DNA from: an uncultured Gemmatimonadales bacterium | GTDB lineage: Bacteria > Gemmatimonadota > Gemmatimonadetes > Gemmatimonadales > GWC2-71-9 | Direction of reading: 5' to 3' | DNA length: 64,000 nt | Assembly (NCBI GenBank): GCA_963771275.1 | Contig: CAVYSW010000010.1 | Span: 640,001 to 704,000, forward strand | Shown: piece after piece, positions 19,559 through 29,055 of the stretch | How the letters are laid out: each line of letters starts with the position of its first letter | Position numbering within the stretch: position 1 is the first letter of the stretch | Position numbers and translations under genes: made by a program | The notes under the pieces: generated by a model | The model's database searches: none | Seen by the model: the letters and a program-made list of their open reading frames with translations, nothing else | Told to the model about the DNA's origin: nothing

Positions 19559-19580
19559 TCACGAAACCGCAGAGCGCACG

Positions 19581-20189
19581 ATGCCGCTGACGCGACGCCA
19601 GAAGCAGATCCTCGACTTCCTCGAAAGTTACATCGCGACAAACGGGTACGCCCCGTCGTTCGACGAAATCGCGGAGCACTTCACCTTCAGTTCTCTGGCC
19701 ACGGTCCACGAGCATCTGACCAACCTCGAGCGCAAGGGCTACATCCGGCGGACCCACAACGAGAGTCGCGCGATCGAGCTGGTGCCCGCGCCCGGGCAGG
19801 CCTGGGCCACCGAGCTGCCGCTGCTCGGTCAGGTCGCCGCCGGCGAGCCGATCGAGGCGGTGCCGCAGCGAGAGACGATCGCCGTGCCCAACGATCTGCT
19901 GCCCCGGCGCGGGTCTGCCTACGTTCTGCGCGTGCGCGGCGACTCGATGATCGACGAGCACATCGAAGACGGCGACTACGTGGTCGTACACAACCGCAAC
20001 GCGGCCGACAACGGGCAGATGGTCATCGCGCTGATTCAGGGCACGTCGGCGACCGTGAAGCGCCTGTACCGCGACGCCGGCGGGTGGGTCCGCCTGCAGC
20101 CTGCCAACGAGCGGATGCAGCCAATCCGGGTGCACGAAGACGATGTGCTGATTCAGGGCGTCGTCGTCGGGGTCATTCGGAAGTACTGA
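19581..20189 (+). CDS. lexA: SOS repressor LexA
   Basis: LTRRQKQIL..I...GYAPS..EI wHTH, SLATVHEHL, cleavage site VAAG, catalytic GDSM and TVKR. Confidence 0.97.
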   Translation: MPLTRRQKQILDFLESYIATNGYAPSFDEIAEHFTFSSLATVHEHLTNLERKGYIRRTHNESRAIELVPAPGQAWATELPLLGQVAAGEPIEAVPQRETIAVPNDLLPRRGSAYVLRVRGDSMIDEHIEDGDYVVVHNRNAADNGQMVIALIQGTSATVKRLYRDAGGWVRLQPANERMQPIRVHEDDVLIQGVVVGVIRKY

Positions 20190-21246
20190 TTCCGGCTGCC
20201 TGCCGGAAGTCCGCCAGCACCCTGGCGGCTCGGCCGCGGTCCAGCGCCTCCGCAGCACGGCCGATGCCCTCCCGTGGCGTGGCCTCCGCCCCACCGACAT
20301 ACACGGCGAGCCCGGCGTTGAGAATCGTTGCCGCGCGGCCCTCCGGGTCGTCGGTCGGCCGGTCCAGCAGGCGCGTGATCCGGCTGGCGTTGTCCGCCGG
20401 CTCGCCGCCCCGCAGCGCCCCCAGGTCGGACTGGTCGAGGTGGTAAGCCGCGGGGTCGAGCGTCCACGTGCGGACGTCACCGCGGCGCACCTCCCAGATG
20501 AGCGTCTCGCCATGCGGCGCGACTTCGTCCATCCCCACCACTCCGTGCACCACGAGCGCGTGTTCCGTGTCCAACCGCCGCAGCGCGTCCGCCACGACCG
20601 GGCCCCGCTCGGGATCGCCGACGCCGATGATCTGCCGCCGCACCTGGGCCGGGTTCGCCAGCGGCCCCACCAGATTCATGATCGTGGCAATCGCGAGCTC
20701 GCGTCGCACCGGAGCGACGTGGCGCATCGCGGGGTGAAACGCCGGAGCGAAGAGGAACGCGATGCCGACGCGGGCCAGCAGGTGCGTCACCTGCTCTCCC
20801 GCTCGGGTGAGGTCGATCCCGAGCGCTTCGAGCACGTCGGCGGAGCCGCAACGCGACGAGTAGGAGCGGTTGCCGTGCTTCGCGATCGGAACGCCCGCCG
20901 CCGCAACGACGAAGGCCGCCGCGGTGCTGACGTTGAACGTGGGAACCGCGCCGCCACCCGTGCCGGCCGTGTCCACGGCGGGCAGCGAGGCGGGTAGCTC
21001 GACCCGGCGCATGGCCGCCCGCATCGCCCGCGCCGCCCCGGCCAGCTCGGCCCCACTTTCACCCTGGACGCGGAGACCCATGAGCAGCGCGGCGGCCCGC
21101 GTGGGAAGGGCTTCCCCGCTCATCAACAAACCGAACGCCTCCGCCACGAGGCCTTCTCCCAGGCGCTCGCCGCGTGCAAGCACGGCCAGAGCGCGTGTCA
21201 GTGCGTCGTCGAGCTCCCTGGGAGGCGGCTGGGATCGAGCGGTCAT
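20173..21246 (-). CDS. trpD: anthranilate phosphoribosyltransferase
   Basis: DTAGTGG, FNVST, KHGNRS..S..GSADVLEALG, FHPAMR, NLVGPLANP, GMDE. Confidence 0.97.
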   Translation of the reverse strand: MTARSQPPPRELDDALTRALAVLARGERLGEGLVAEAFGLLMSGEALPTRAAALLMGLRVQGESGAELAGAARAMRAAMRRVELPASLPAVDTAGTGGGAVPTFNVSTAAAFVVAAAGVPIAKHGNRSYSSRCGSADVLEALGIDLTRAGEQVTHLLARVGIAFLFAPAFHPAMRHVAPVRRELAIATIMNLVGPLANPAQVRRQIIGVGDPERGPVVADALRRLDTEHALVVHGVVGMDEVAPHGETLIWEVRRGDVRTWTLDPAAYHLDQSDLGALRGGEPADNASRITRLLDRPTDDPEGRAATILNAGLAVYVGGAEATPREGIGRAAEALDRGRAARVLADFRQAAGISTSE

Positions 21247-21254
21247 AACGGGGA

Positions 21255-21284
21255 ATCGTACGCCCGCACTGATGTGGGTGTCAA
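21255..21284 (-). promoter_or_regulatory. putative trpD promoter
   Basis: Minus strand TTGACA(21284-21279)-N18-TACGAT(21260-21255), 8 nt before ATG 21246. Confidence 0.6.
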
Positions 21285-21305
21285 CATCGCAACTCGTTGC
21301 GCTGC

Positions 21306-21334
21306 TTGTCGCTACGGAAGCCCGGCGGTAATTT
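21306..21334 (+). promoter_or_regulatory. putative truA-operon promoter
   Basis: TTGTCG(21306-21311)-N17-TAATTT(21329-21334), 9 nt before ATG 21344. Confidence 0.55.
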
Positions 21335-21343
21335 TCCCGGCGC

Positions 21344-22153
21344 ATGGGTGGGCACTCCTGGTACGCGGTCCTGCAGTACGCCGGTGGCGGATTCGCCGGC
21401 TGGCAGCGGCAGCGCACCGATCGCACCGTCCAGGGCGAGGTGGAAGCCGCGCTGGAACGTCTGGCTGGGGTCCGCGTCGTGACCCATGCGGCCGGACGGA
21501 CCGATGCCGGCGTTCACGCGCTCGGGCAGGTCGCCAGCTTCCGGCTGGCCCGCGCGTGGGATCCCCCCGACCTGGCGCGCGCCCTCAACGCGCTGCTCGC
21601 CGCCGACGTGTGGGTCGTGCGGGTCGGCGCGGCGCCGGACGGGTTCCACGCGCGCAAGCACGCCACCGCCCGGCGCTACTGCTACGTCGTGGGCTGCGAC
21701 CCCGCGGCGTTCTCTCCGTTTCGCCGGCGCTTCGAATGGGCGTGTGGCCGGCCGCTCGATCCTGCGGCGCTGGCTGCGGTGGCGGCCGCGTTGCGCGGCA
21801 CGCACGACTTCCGCGCGTTGTCCCGGGTCGGGCCGCCGCGACCGCACTATGACTGTACGGTGACCGCGGCAGAATGGGAGGCGCGGCCCAACGGGCAAGG
21901 CTTTATCTTTCACGTTCAGGCGGACCGGTTTCTCCATCGGATGGTGCGCTTCCTCGTGGGCATCAGCGTCGACGTGGCACTTGGGCGTCGCCCGCTCGCC
22001 GACATCGGGCGCCTGCTTGCGAGCACGCGCAACGCCGAGGCCAGTCGACCGGCGCCGCCCGAAGGTCTCTACTTCGTTGGCGCGCTGTACCCCCAGCTTC
22101 AGCTCGAAAGCGAGATCGGCCCATGCAGTTCTTTCTCGATACCGCGAACCTGA
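21344..22153 (+). CDS. truA: tRNA pseudouridine(38-40) synthase
   Basis: FAGWQRQ, TVQGE, AGRTDAGVHALGQV, FHAR, GTHDF, FLHRMVR, APPEGL. Confidence 0.97.
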   Translation: MGGHSWYAVLQYAGGGFAGWQRQRTDRTVQGEVEAALERLAGVRVVTHAAGRTDAGVHALGQVASFRLARAWDPPDLARALNALLAADVWVVRVGAAPDGFHARKHATARRYCYVVGCDPAAFSPFRRRFEWACGRPLDPAALAAVAAALRGTHDFRALSRVGPPRPHYDCTVTAAEWEARPNGQGFIFHVQADRFLHRMVRFLVGISVDVALGRRPLADIGRLLASTRNAEASRPAPPEGLYFVGALYPQLQLESEIGPCSSFSIPRT

Positions 22154-22791
22154 CCGACATCCGGTGGGCGGCGCACGCCGGCCTGATCGACGGCATCACG
22201 ACCAACCCCACGCTGCTGGCGAAGGTCGCCGGCGACCGCGATCCGCGGAGCATTCTCAAGGAGATCTGCGACACGGTGGACGGTCCGATCAGCGCCGAAG
22301 TGGTTGCCGTGAAGGAGCACGAGATGTACGCCGAGGGCCGCGAGCTGGCGAAGCTGGCGGACAACATCGTGGTGAAGATCCCGATGATCGAGGAAGGGCT
22401 GCCGACCGTACGGCGGCTCGCGGCGGACGGCATTCGCGTGAACGTGACGTTGTGCTTCAGCGCCACCCAGTGTCTCATCGCCGCCAAAGCGGGTGCGGCC
22501 TACGTGTCGCCGTTCCTCGGACGCCTCGACGACGTCGGGCAGGACGGGATGGACGTGATCCGCGAGACGCGGGTCATCTTCGACAACTATGAGATCGAGA
22601 CCCAGATCCTCGCCGCCTCGATTCGCCATCCGCGGCACGTCACCGAGGCGGCAATGATCGGTGCGGACGCGGTGACGATGCCGACGGAGGTGCTCCGCAA
22701 GCTGCTGCTCCATCCCCTGACCGACCGCGGCCTCGATCAGTTCCTCAACGACTGGAGCAAGCTCCCGGGGCGCGCCAAGGGCACCGCGTGA
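22123..22791 (+). CDS. fsa: transaldolase / fructose-6-phosphate aldolase (short TalC/FSA family)
   Basis: FFLDTAN, GITTNPTL, VVKIP, NVTLCFS, YVSPFLGRLDD, ASIR, HPLTD. Confidence 0.93.
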   Translation: MQFFLDTANLTDIRWAAHAGLIDGITTNPTLLAKVAGDRDPRSILKEICDTVDGPISAEVVAVKEHEMYAEGRELAKLADNIVVKIPMIEEGLPTVRRLAADGIRVNVTLCFSATQCLIAAKAGAAYVSPFLGRLDDVGQDGMDVIRETRVIFDNYEIETQILAASIRHPRHVTEAAMIGADAVTMPTEVLRKLLLHPLTDRGLDQFLNDWSKLPGRAKGTA

Positions 22792-24194
22792 GACGCTGGG
22801 TGCTGGGTGTCGCGCTGACGGTTGCCGCGTGCGGCGGCGCATCCTACGATGTGCCGTCGGCGCAGGCGCAGGCGCAGGCGGCGCTGCCGCACCGCACGAC
22901 GTCCCAGGCGACCGACGCGTCCCGCCGCACCGCCATCGTCACCGCCGCCGAGCGTGTGGCGCCGGCCGTCGTGAGCGTCAACGTGGTGCGGCGCCAGCGG
23001 CAGCAGGCCAACGACCTGTGGGACTTCTTCTCGGTCCCGCGGGACGCGGAGCGCACCGTCCAGGGTCTCGGCTCCGGCTTCCTGATGCCCCCCGGCGGCC
23101 TGGTCATCACCAACCAGCACGTCGTGGACGGCGCCGAGCAGATCGTCGTGACGACGCGGGACGGCAACGACTACCCCGCCAGGCTCCTGGGCGAGGATCC
23201 CCTGACCGACATCGCGGTGCTCCGGATCGACGGGGCGGACCTGCCTACGGTCCCGATCGGCTCGAGCCGTGATCTCATGATCGGCGAATGGGTGGTGGCA
23301 ATCGGGAACCCGTTCGGCTACCTGCTGGGCAACAGCGAGCCCACGGTCACGGCCGGCGTCGTGAGCGGGGTGGAGCGGAACCTCATTCCCTCCGGAGCCC
23401 AGCCCGGCATCTACGTCGGGATGATCCAGACCGATGCGGCGATCAATCCGGGGAACAGCGGCGGGCCGCTGGTCAACTCCCTTGGCGAGGTGGTGGGGGT
23501 GAACAGCTCGATCCTCTCGGCGTCGGGCGGCTCGGAGGGCATCGGGTTCGCGATCCCGATCGAGCGGGCGCTGCGGGTGGCGCGGGAGCTCAGCGAGCAT
23601 GGCGAAGTGCGCCGCGCCTGGGTCGGCCTCGACGTGGTCGGGGTCGAGGGCATGCGCGAGTGGAAGCAGCGGGGCGGGCTGGTCGTCACCGGGGTGGCCT
23701 CCGGCAGCCCGGCCGATCGGGTGGGGATCCGGGCAGGTGACGTCCTGGCCGAGTCGCGCGGCCGGCCGCTCCACACGTTTCTCGACTGGGAGGCGCTGAA
23801 GCTGGATCTGAGCCCGGGCGACACGGTCTCGGTAGCCGTGGCACGCGGGGGCAGCGCGCGGACGGTCGCGCTGCGCGTCGAGGACCTGCCCACGGCGCGG
23901 GCTGCGAAGGTCGACGTGCTGGGCGGGCTGCGGCTGGTGACCGTGACGCCCGCCGTCCAGGCCGAGCGGGGGATCCAGAGCCGGCAGGGCGCGCTGCTCT
24001 ACGACCTGCCGGAGGAAACCCAGCGGCAGACGGGCCTGCGCCCCGGCGACGTGATCCGCCAGGTTGATCGCACGCCCATCGCGCGGGCCGAGGACGTCGA
24101 ACGGGCGTTCAATGCCGCCCGGGGCGGCGCCGCCATCCGCGTGTTCTTCGAACGGGACGGACGGATGAACTTCACCGACTTCTACATCCGATGA
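22788..24194 (+). CDS. HtrA/DegP-family trypsin-like serine protease with PDZ domains (lipoprotein)
   Basis: Lipobox VAAC, GSGF, TNQHV, DIAVL, QTDAAINPGNSGGPL, two PDZ-like segments. Confidence 0.93.
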   Translation: MRRWVLGVALTVAACGGASYDVPSAQAQAQAALPHRTTSQATDASRRTAIVTAAERVAPAVVSVNVVRRQRQQANDLWDFFSVPRDAERTVQGLGSGFLMPPGGLVITNQHVVDGAEQIVVTTRDGNDYPARLLGEDPLTDIAVLRIDGADLPTVPIGSSRDLMIGEWVVAIGNPFGYLLGNSEPTVTAGVVSGVERNLIPSGAQPGIYVGMIQTDAAINPGNSGGPLVNSLGEVVGVNSSILSASGGSEGIGFAIPIERALRVARELSEHGEVRRAWVGLDVVGVEGMREWKQRGGLVVTGVASGSPADRVGIRAGDVLAESRGRPLHTFLDWEALKLDLSPGDTVSVAVARGGSARTVALRVEDLPTARAAKVDVLGGLRLVTVTPAVQAERGIQSRQGALLYDLPEETQRQTGLRPGDVIRQVDRTPIARAEDVERAFNAARGGAAIRVFFERDGRMNFTDFYIR

Positions 24195-25630
24195 CGGCCG
24201 GGCCCGGCTACGAATCGCCACTGGCCTCGCGCTACGCGTCCGCCACCATGGTTGGCCTGTGGAGCGCGGAACACCGCGCCGCCCTGTGGCGACGGCTGTG
24301 GCTCGCGCTGGCGGAAACCCAGCGGGATCTCGGCCTCGCCATTCCGGAAACGGCGCTCGCCGCCATGCGGGCGCACCTCGACGACGCGGATCTCGCACAG
24401 GTCCGGCAATACGAGCGTCGCGTGCGGCACGACGTCATGGCCCACATCCACCATTTGGGGGACCAGGCACCGGCGGCGCGCCCGTTCCTCCACCTCGGGG
24501 CGACGAGCTGTTACGTGACGGACAACGCCGACCTGATGGTGCTGCGGGAGACGTGCGGTCTGCTGCTTGGTCGACTCGATGCCCTGTTGCGCGCGCTCCG
24601 CGCCCTCGCGGTGAAGCATGCGGAGCTCCCGACGGTCGCCTACACCCACTTCCAGCCGGCGCAGCTCACGACGGTCGGCAAGCGGGCCATCCTGTGGGCG
24701 CACGACTTTGCGCTCGACGCGGACGCGCTGCTGGCCCTGCACGATGCGCTGCCGTTCCGAGGCTGCAAGGGGACCACCGGCACGCAGGCGAGCTTCCTCG
24801 ACCTGTTTGACGGCGACGAAGCCAAGGTGCGCGAGCTCGATCGCCGCGTGGCCGCGCGCTTCGGGTTTGCCCGAGCCGTGCCCGTGTCGGGCCAGACGTA
24901 CACGCGCAAGATCGACGCGCGGGTGCTGGACGGCTGGGCCGGCATCGCGCAATCGGCGGCGAAGTTCGGCACCGACCTGCGGTTGCTGCAGCACGAGGGC
25001 GAGCTGGTGGAGCCCGCCGAGCGTGACCAGGTGGGATCGAGCGCGATGCCGTACAAGCGGAACCCGATGCGGGCCGAGCGCCTCTGCGGCCTGGCGCGAT
25101 ACCTCGTCGCGCTGCGGGAGAACACGGCCTACACGGCGGCCACGCAGTGGCTCGAGCGCACCCTCGACGACAGTGCCAACCGGCGTCTGGTGCTGCCGGA
25201 TGCCGCCCTGGCCGCCGACGCGCTGCTGATCCTCGCGACCAACGTGGCGCACGGCCTCGAGGTGCGCGCCAGCGTCATCCGCCGCAACGTGGAGCGGGTC
25301 ATGCCGTTCATGGCGACGGAGCGGTGGCTGATGCTCGGCGTGAAGGCGGGGGGAGACCGGCAGGCGCTGCATGAGGTGATCCGGCAGCACAGTTGGGCGG
25401 TGAGCGACGCGGTCGACCGCGGCGAGCCGAACACGCTGCTGGAGCGACTCGGCGCCGACCCCGCTTTCGCGGGCATCGATGCCGCCGCGCTGCGCGCCGA
25501 GTTGGATCCCGCGCGGTTCGTCGGCCGCGCGCCGTCGCAGGTGCGGGAGTACGTCGCCGAGGAGCTCGATCCCCTGCTCCTCCGGCTGGTGCCCTACGTC
25601 GTCGCCGACCAGGCGGGAGTGAGCGTGTGA
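24191..25630 (+). CDS. purB: adenylosuccinate lyase
   Basis: [39 protein letters not shown]. Confidence 0.97.
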   Translation: MTAGPGYESPLASRYASATMVGLWSAEHRAALWRRLWLALAETQRDLGLAIPETALAAMRAHLDDADLAQVRQYERRVRHDVMAHIHHLGDQAPAARPFLHLGATSCYVTDNADLMVLRETCGLLLGRLDALLRALRALAVKHAELPTVAYTHFQPAQLTTVGKRAILWAHDFALDADALLALHDALPFRGCKGTTGTQASFLDLFDGDEAKVRELDRRVAARFGFARAVPVSGQTYTRKIDARVLDGWAGIAQSAAKFGTDLRLLQHEGELVEPAERDQVGSSAMPYKRNPMRAERLCGLARYLVALRENTAYTAATQWLERTLDDSANRRLVLPDAALAADALLILATNVAHGLEVRASVIRRNVERVMPFMATERWLMLGVKAGGDRQALHEVIRQHSWAVSDAVDRGEPNTLLERLGADPAFAGIDAAALRAELDPARFVGRAPSQVREYVAEELDPLLLRLVPYVVADQAGVSV

Positions 25631-26553
25631 CTGACGTGACCCTGACCGAAAGCGCGCTGCCCCTGCCGCTCGTGCGGCGCGGCAAGGTGCGCGAAGTGTA
25701 CGCGGTGGACGGCGCCACGCTGCTGCTCGTGGCGAGCGACCGGGTGAGCGCGTTCGACGTGGTGATGCCCAATCCGATCCCCCGCAAGGGAGCCGTGCTC
25801 ACGCAGATCAGCGCCTACTGGTTCGGCGAGCTGCGCGAGGTCTTCCCGAGCCATTTCATCTCGGCCGACGTCGGCGAGATCGTGCGGCGCATCCCCGCGC
25901 TCGCCCGCCACCGGCACCAGCTGGCCGGGCGCGCCATGCTGTGCCATCGCGCCGTCCCGTTGCCGATCGAGTGCGTCGTCCGCGGGTATCTCTCGGGGTC
26001 CGCCTGGGCGGAGTACCGCGAGCACGGGACGCTGGCCGGCGAGCGGCTCCCCGCCGGCCTGGTGGAGAGCGCGCGTCTCGACCCACCGATCTTCTCGCCG
26101 GCCACGAAGGCCGAGGTGGGACACGACGAGAACATCACCGTGGCCCGCGTGCGCGAGATGGTCGGCCCCGAGGCGGCGGACCGCGTGCGCGCCGCGAGCC
26201 TTGCCCTCTATGCGGCGGGCCGGGATCGCGCGGCGACGCGCGGGATCATCATCGCCGATACCAAGTTCGAGTTCGGACGGACGGCTGACGGGCGGCTCAT
26301 CCTGATCGACGAGGTGCTCACTCCGGACTCCTCCCGATTCTGGCCGGCGGACCGGTACGCGCCGGGGCGGGGGCAGCCGAGCTTCGACAAGCAGCCGCTG
26401 CGCGACTACCTCGCGGGCCTGAAGGGAACGGGCGCGTGGGACGGCAACGCGCCCGGGCCGACGCTGCCGGCCGACGTCGTCCGTGCCACGAGCGAGCGCT
26501 ACCAGGACGCGTACCGCCGCGTGACGGGCACCGCGCTGCCCGAGACCTGGTGA
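25627..26553 (+). CDS. purC: SAICAR synthase
   Basis: [47 protein letters not shown]. Confidence 0.97.
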   Translation: MTDVTLTESALPLPLVRRGKVREVYAVDGATLLLVASDRVSAFDVVMPNPIPRKGAVLTQISAYWFGELREVFPSHFISADVGEIVRRIPALARHRHQLAGRAMLCHRAVPLPIECVVRGYLSGSAWAEYREHGTLAGERLPAGLVESARLDPPIFSPATKAEVGHDENITVARVREMVGPEAADRVRAASLALYAAGRDRAATRGIIIADTKFEFGRTADGRLILIDEVLTPDSSRFWPADRYAPGRGQPSFDKQPLRDYLAGLKGTGAWDGNAPGPTLPADVVRATSERYQDAYRRVTGTALPETW

Positions 26554-27197
26554 CGCTCGCCCGCGAAGGCCGGCCGTTTGTCGCGGGGGGGCTCGTCACG
26601 CTGGTCGTGCTCGCCCTGGCGGCCCGCCTGCTGGGTGGGGGATGGTGCTACCTCGCCCCGGCGCTGTGGCTCCCGGTCGCGCTGTGGGTCCCGCTGTTCT
26701 TCCGCGATCCGGCCCGCGCCGGTCCCCGCGGCGACCAGCTCGTCATCGCGCCGGCCGATGGGCGCGTCGTGGGCGTCGTCGCCCTGGAGGAGCCTGATCT
26801 CATCGGCGGCCCCGCGCAACGCATCTCGATCTTCATGAGCGTGTTCAGCGTCCACGTCAACCGCTACCCCGTGAGCGGCACGGTCGTGTCGCGCGCCTAC
26901 CGGCCCGGCAAGTTCGTCAACGCCTCGCTCGACAAGGCCAGCGTGGGTAACGAGCAAATGTCCCTTGGCATTCGCGGAGCGCGGGGACCGATCCTCGTGC
27001 GCCAGATCGCCGGTCTCGTGGCGCGCCGCATCGTCACCGACGGGCGCCCCGGCGACCCGGTGACCCAGGGTGAACGGCTCGGCCTCATCCGCTTCGGCTC
27101 GCGCGTGGACACCATCGTGCCGGCGGACGCCGTCCCGCGCGTGCGCGTCGGACAGCGTACCAGGGCTGGCGAGACGATCATCGCGGAGTGGCTATGA
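26550..27197 (+). CDS. psd: phosphatidylserine decarboxylase proenzyme
   Basis: FFRDP, APADG, SIFMS..VHVNR, QIAG..ARRI, self-cleavage motif RFGSRVD. Confidence 0.95.
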   Translation: MTLAREGRPFVAGGLVTLVVLALAARLLGGGWCYLAPALWLPVALWVPLFFRDPARAGPRGDQLVIAPADGRVVGVVALEEPDLIGGPAQRISIFMSVFSVHVNRYPVSGTVVSRAYRPGKFVNASLDKASVGNEQMSLGIRGARGPILVRQIAGLVARRIVTDGRPGDPVTQGERLGLIRFGSRVDTIVPADAVPRVRVGQRTRAGETIIAEWL

Positions 27198-27988
27198 GAC
27201 GACCGGGGAGGGGGCGGTCCAACGTACGTCGCGTGGTCGTGGTGGTTCCCAGCGTGTTCACCCTCGGGAATCTCCTGTTCGGCGTCTGGTCCGTGGTCCT
27301 GTCGGCGCGCGGTGAGTTCTACCGCGCCAGCTGGTACATCGTGATCGCCGGCGTGCTCGACATGCTCGACGGCCGGGTCGCGCGCATGAGCAAGACCGGG
27401 TCACGGTTCGGCGCTGAGCTCGACTCGCTGGTCGACATCGTGAGCTTCGGGGTGGCACCGGCCGTCCTGATCCACCATCTCGTGTTCGCGACACAGGGCG
27501 GATTTGCCTGGCTGTTCGCGTACGGGTTCATCGTGTGCGCCGCCCTGCGACTGGCGCGCTACAACGTGACCGATGCGGGACACGAGCCGGCGGGGAGCTT
27601 TCAGGGGCTCCCATCTCCCGCCGCGGGCATGACGCTCGCGACCTACTATCCGTTTGCCCAGACGGCGTTCTTCCGGAGCGAGCTGGGCGACGTGCCGTGG
27701 TCCCAGGTCATGATCTTCCTGACCATGGCGCTGAGCCTAGCGATGGTCAGCACGGTGCGGTACGCGCGACTTCCCCGCATCGGCGTGCGCAGTGTGCGGG
27801 GCGTGCTGGGGCTCGCCGTCTACGTGACGATTCTCGCGTTCGGGATCTGGGCTCGGGACATCTTCTTCTTTCCCTTGGGGCTGGCGTACCTGACCTACGG
27901 CCTGCTGCGCGGCGCCGTGGTGGCGCTCCTCGAACGCGGCGACGGCGCGGAGCCGGACCCGCCACCCCGTGCGGGACCTCACACGTAG
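27194..27988 (+). CDS. pssA: CDP-diacylglycerol--serine O-phosphatidyltransferase
   Basis: DMLDGRVAR..S.FG.ELDSL.D..SFG..P CDP-alcohol motif, RLARYN, FQGLPSP; follows psd. Confidence 0.93.
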   Translation: MRRPGRGRSNVRRVVVVVPSVFTLGNLLFGVWSVVLSARGEFYRASWYIVIAGVLDMLDGRVARMSKTGSRFGAELDSLVDIVSFGVAPAVLIHHLVFATQGGFAWLFAYGFIVCAALRLARYNVTDAGHEPAGSFQGLPSPAAGMTLATYYPFAQTAFFRSELGDVPWSQVMIFLTMALSLAMVSTVRYARLPRIGVRSVRGVLGLAVYVTILAFGIWARDIFFFPLGLAYLTYGLLRGAVVALLERGDGAEPDPPPRAGPHT

Positions 27989-28126
27989 CCTGTGCGGAAC
28001 CGCACCGGCCGAGTGGATGACGGTGGATATGCGCGACGGTTCTGATTACGATACCGGTAGCGCTGCGCGGAGCATGTGCAGTTGCCCCCGTGGTGCGACG
28101 GTCAAACTCCTGCGAGGAGGCTTGGC

Positions 28127-28684
28127 ATGAACCGGCAGACTCTCACCCTCATTACCCTGGCGGGCATCGCGGCCACCGGCTGTGGCTCACCCTCAAAGGG
28201 GGGCGGCGCGGCCGACACCACGGCCAGCGCCACGAGCATGCCGTCTGCCGATACGAGTGCGCGGCCGGTCGACACGCTGGCGACGACGAGCCCCATCGCG
28301 GTGCCGCCGGCGGCGCAGGCTCAAGGCCCCACCACGCCCGCAGCGGCTCCGCCGACGGCGCCCCGCCCCGCGGCGACGGCGCTCGACGAGCCGTGGACGC
28401 CCGTGAGCACCGGTACCATCTCCCCCGGCATGGACAAGGACCAGGTCGTCGGGGTCTGGGGGCCGCCCGCGGCCGAACGCACGGTGGGCGACTGGACCTA
28501 CCTCTATTACCGGAACGGATGCGAAGCGTCGTGCGGGACTTTCGACGTGGTGTTCCTGCAGGCGGGCCGGGTGGTCGATGCGATCGTGCGCGCGCCGGGC
28601 CACACGTACGACGGCACCTCGTCCTCCCCACCGGGCCGTCAGGCGGAACCGACCGTGACGCATACGGGCGGGACAGCGGAGTGA
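28127..28684 (+). CDS. lipoprotein with Pro/Ala/Thr linker and SmpA/BamE-like C-terminal domain
   Basis: GAGGAGG RBS, signal peptide II with AATG-C, low-complexity linker, ISPGMDKDQVVGVWGPP..WTYLYY. Confidence 0.7.
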   Translation: MNRQTLTLITLAGIAATGCGSPSKGGGAADTTASATSMPSADTSARPVDTLATTSPIAVPPAAQAQGPTTPAAAPPTAPRPAATALDEPWTPVSTGTISPGMDKDQVVGVWGPPAAERTVGDWTYLYYRNGCEASCGTFDVVFLQAGRVVDAIVRAPGHTYDGTSSSPPGRQAEPTVTHTGGTAE

Positions 28685-28687
28685 TGC

Positions 28688-29023
28688 ATGCCGGACAAGC
28701 CCAGCCGGAACGAGGAAGAGTACTTCGCGCGGGCGGAAGCCGGGCGGCTCAAGGCGATGCGGGAACAGGCCGAGGCCGAGGCGCGGCGGATCGAGCGGCG
28801 GAGCCACCGCATGAAGTGTCCCAAGTGCGGCGCCGATCTGCGGGTCGAGGAGCACTGGGGTATCGAAGTGGACCACTGTCCCGAGTGTGCCGGTCTGTGG
28901 TTCGACGCCGGCGAGGCACAGCGGCTGGTGGAGTTGAACGAGCGGCAGGGCATCGGCGGCATCTTCCGCTCGGTCGTGGAAGCCGTGCGCGGGCCGTCCC
29001 GGGCGAGCAAGCCCGCGGAATGA
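28688..29023 (+). CDS. zf-TFIIB zinc-ribbon protein
   Basis: KPSRNEEEYF, MKCPKCG..L, IEVDHCPECAGLWFDAGE. Confidence 0.85.
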   Translation: MPDKPSRNEEEYFARAEAGRLKAMREQAEAEARRIERRSHRMKCPKCGADLRVEEHWGIEVDHCPECAGLWFDAGEAQRLVELNERQGIGGIFRSVVEAVRGPSRASKPAE

Positions 29024-29055
29024 GCCCCGCCACGAGCGGTGAGGACTGATCGTTC

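Noticed and set aside
22859..22880. GGCGCA tandem repeat
   Set aside because: Only about three copies, encoding an AQAQAQA linker in the protease; too short to suggest phase variation.
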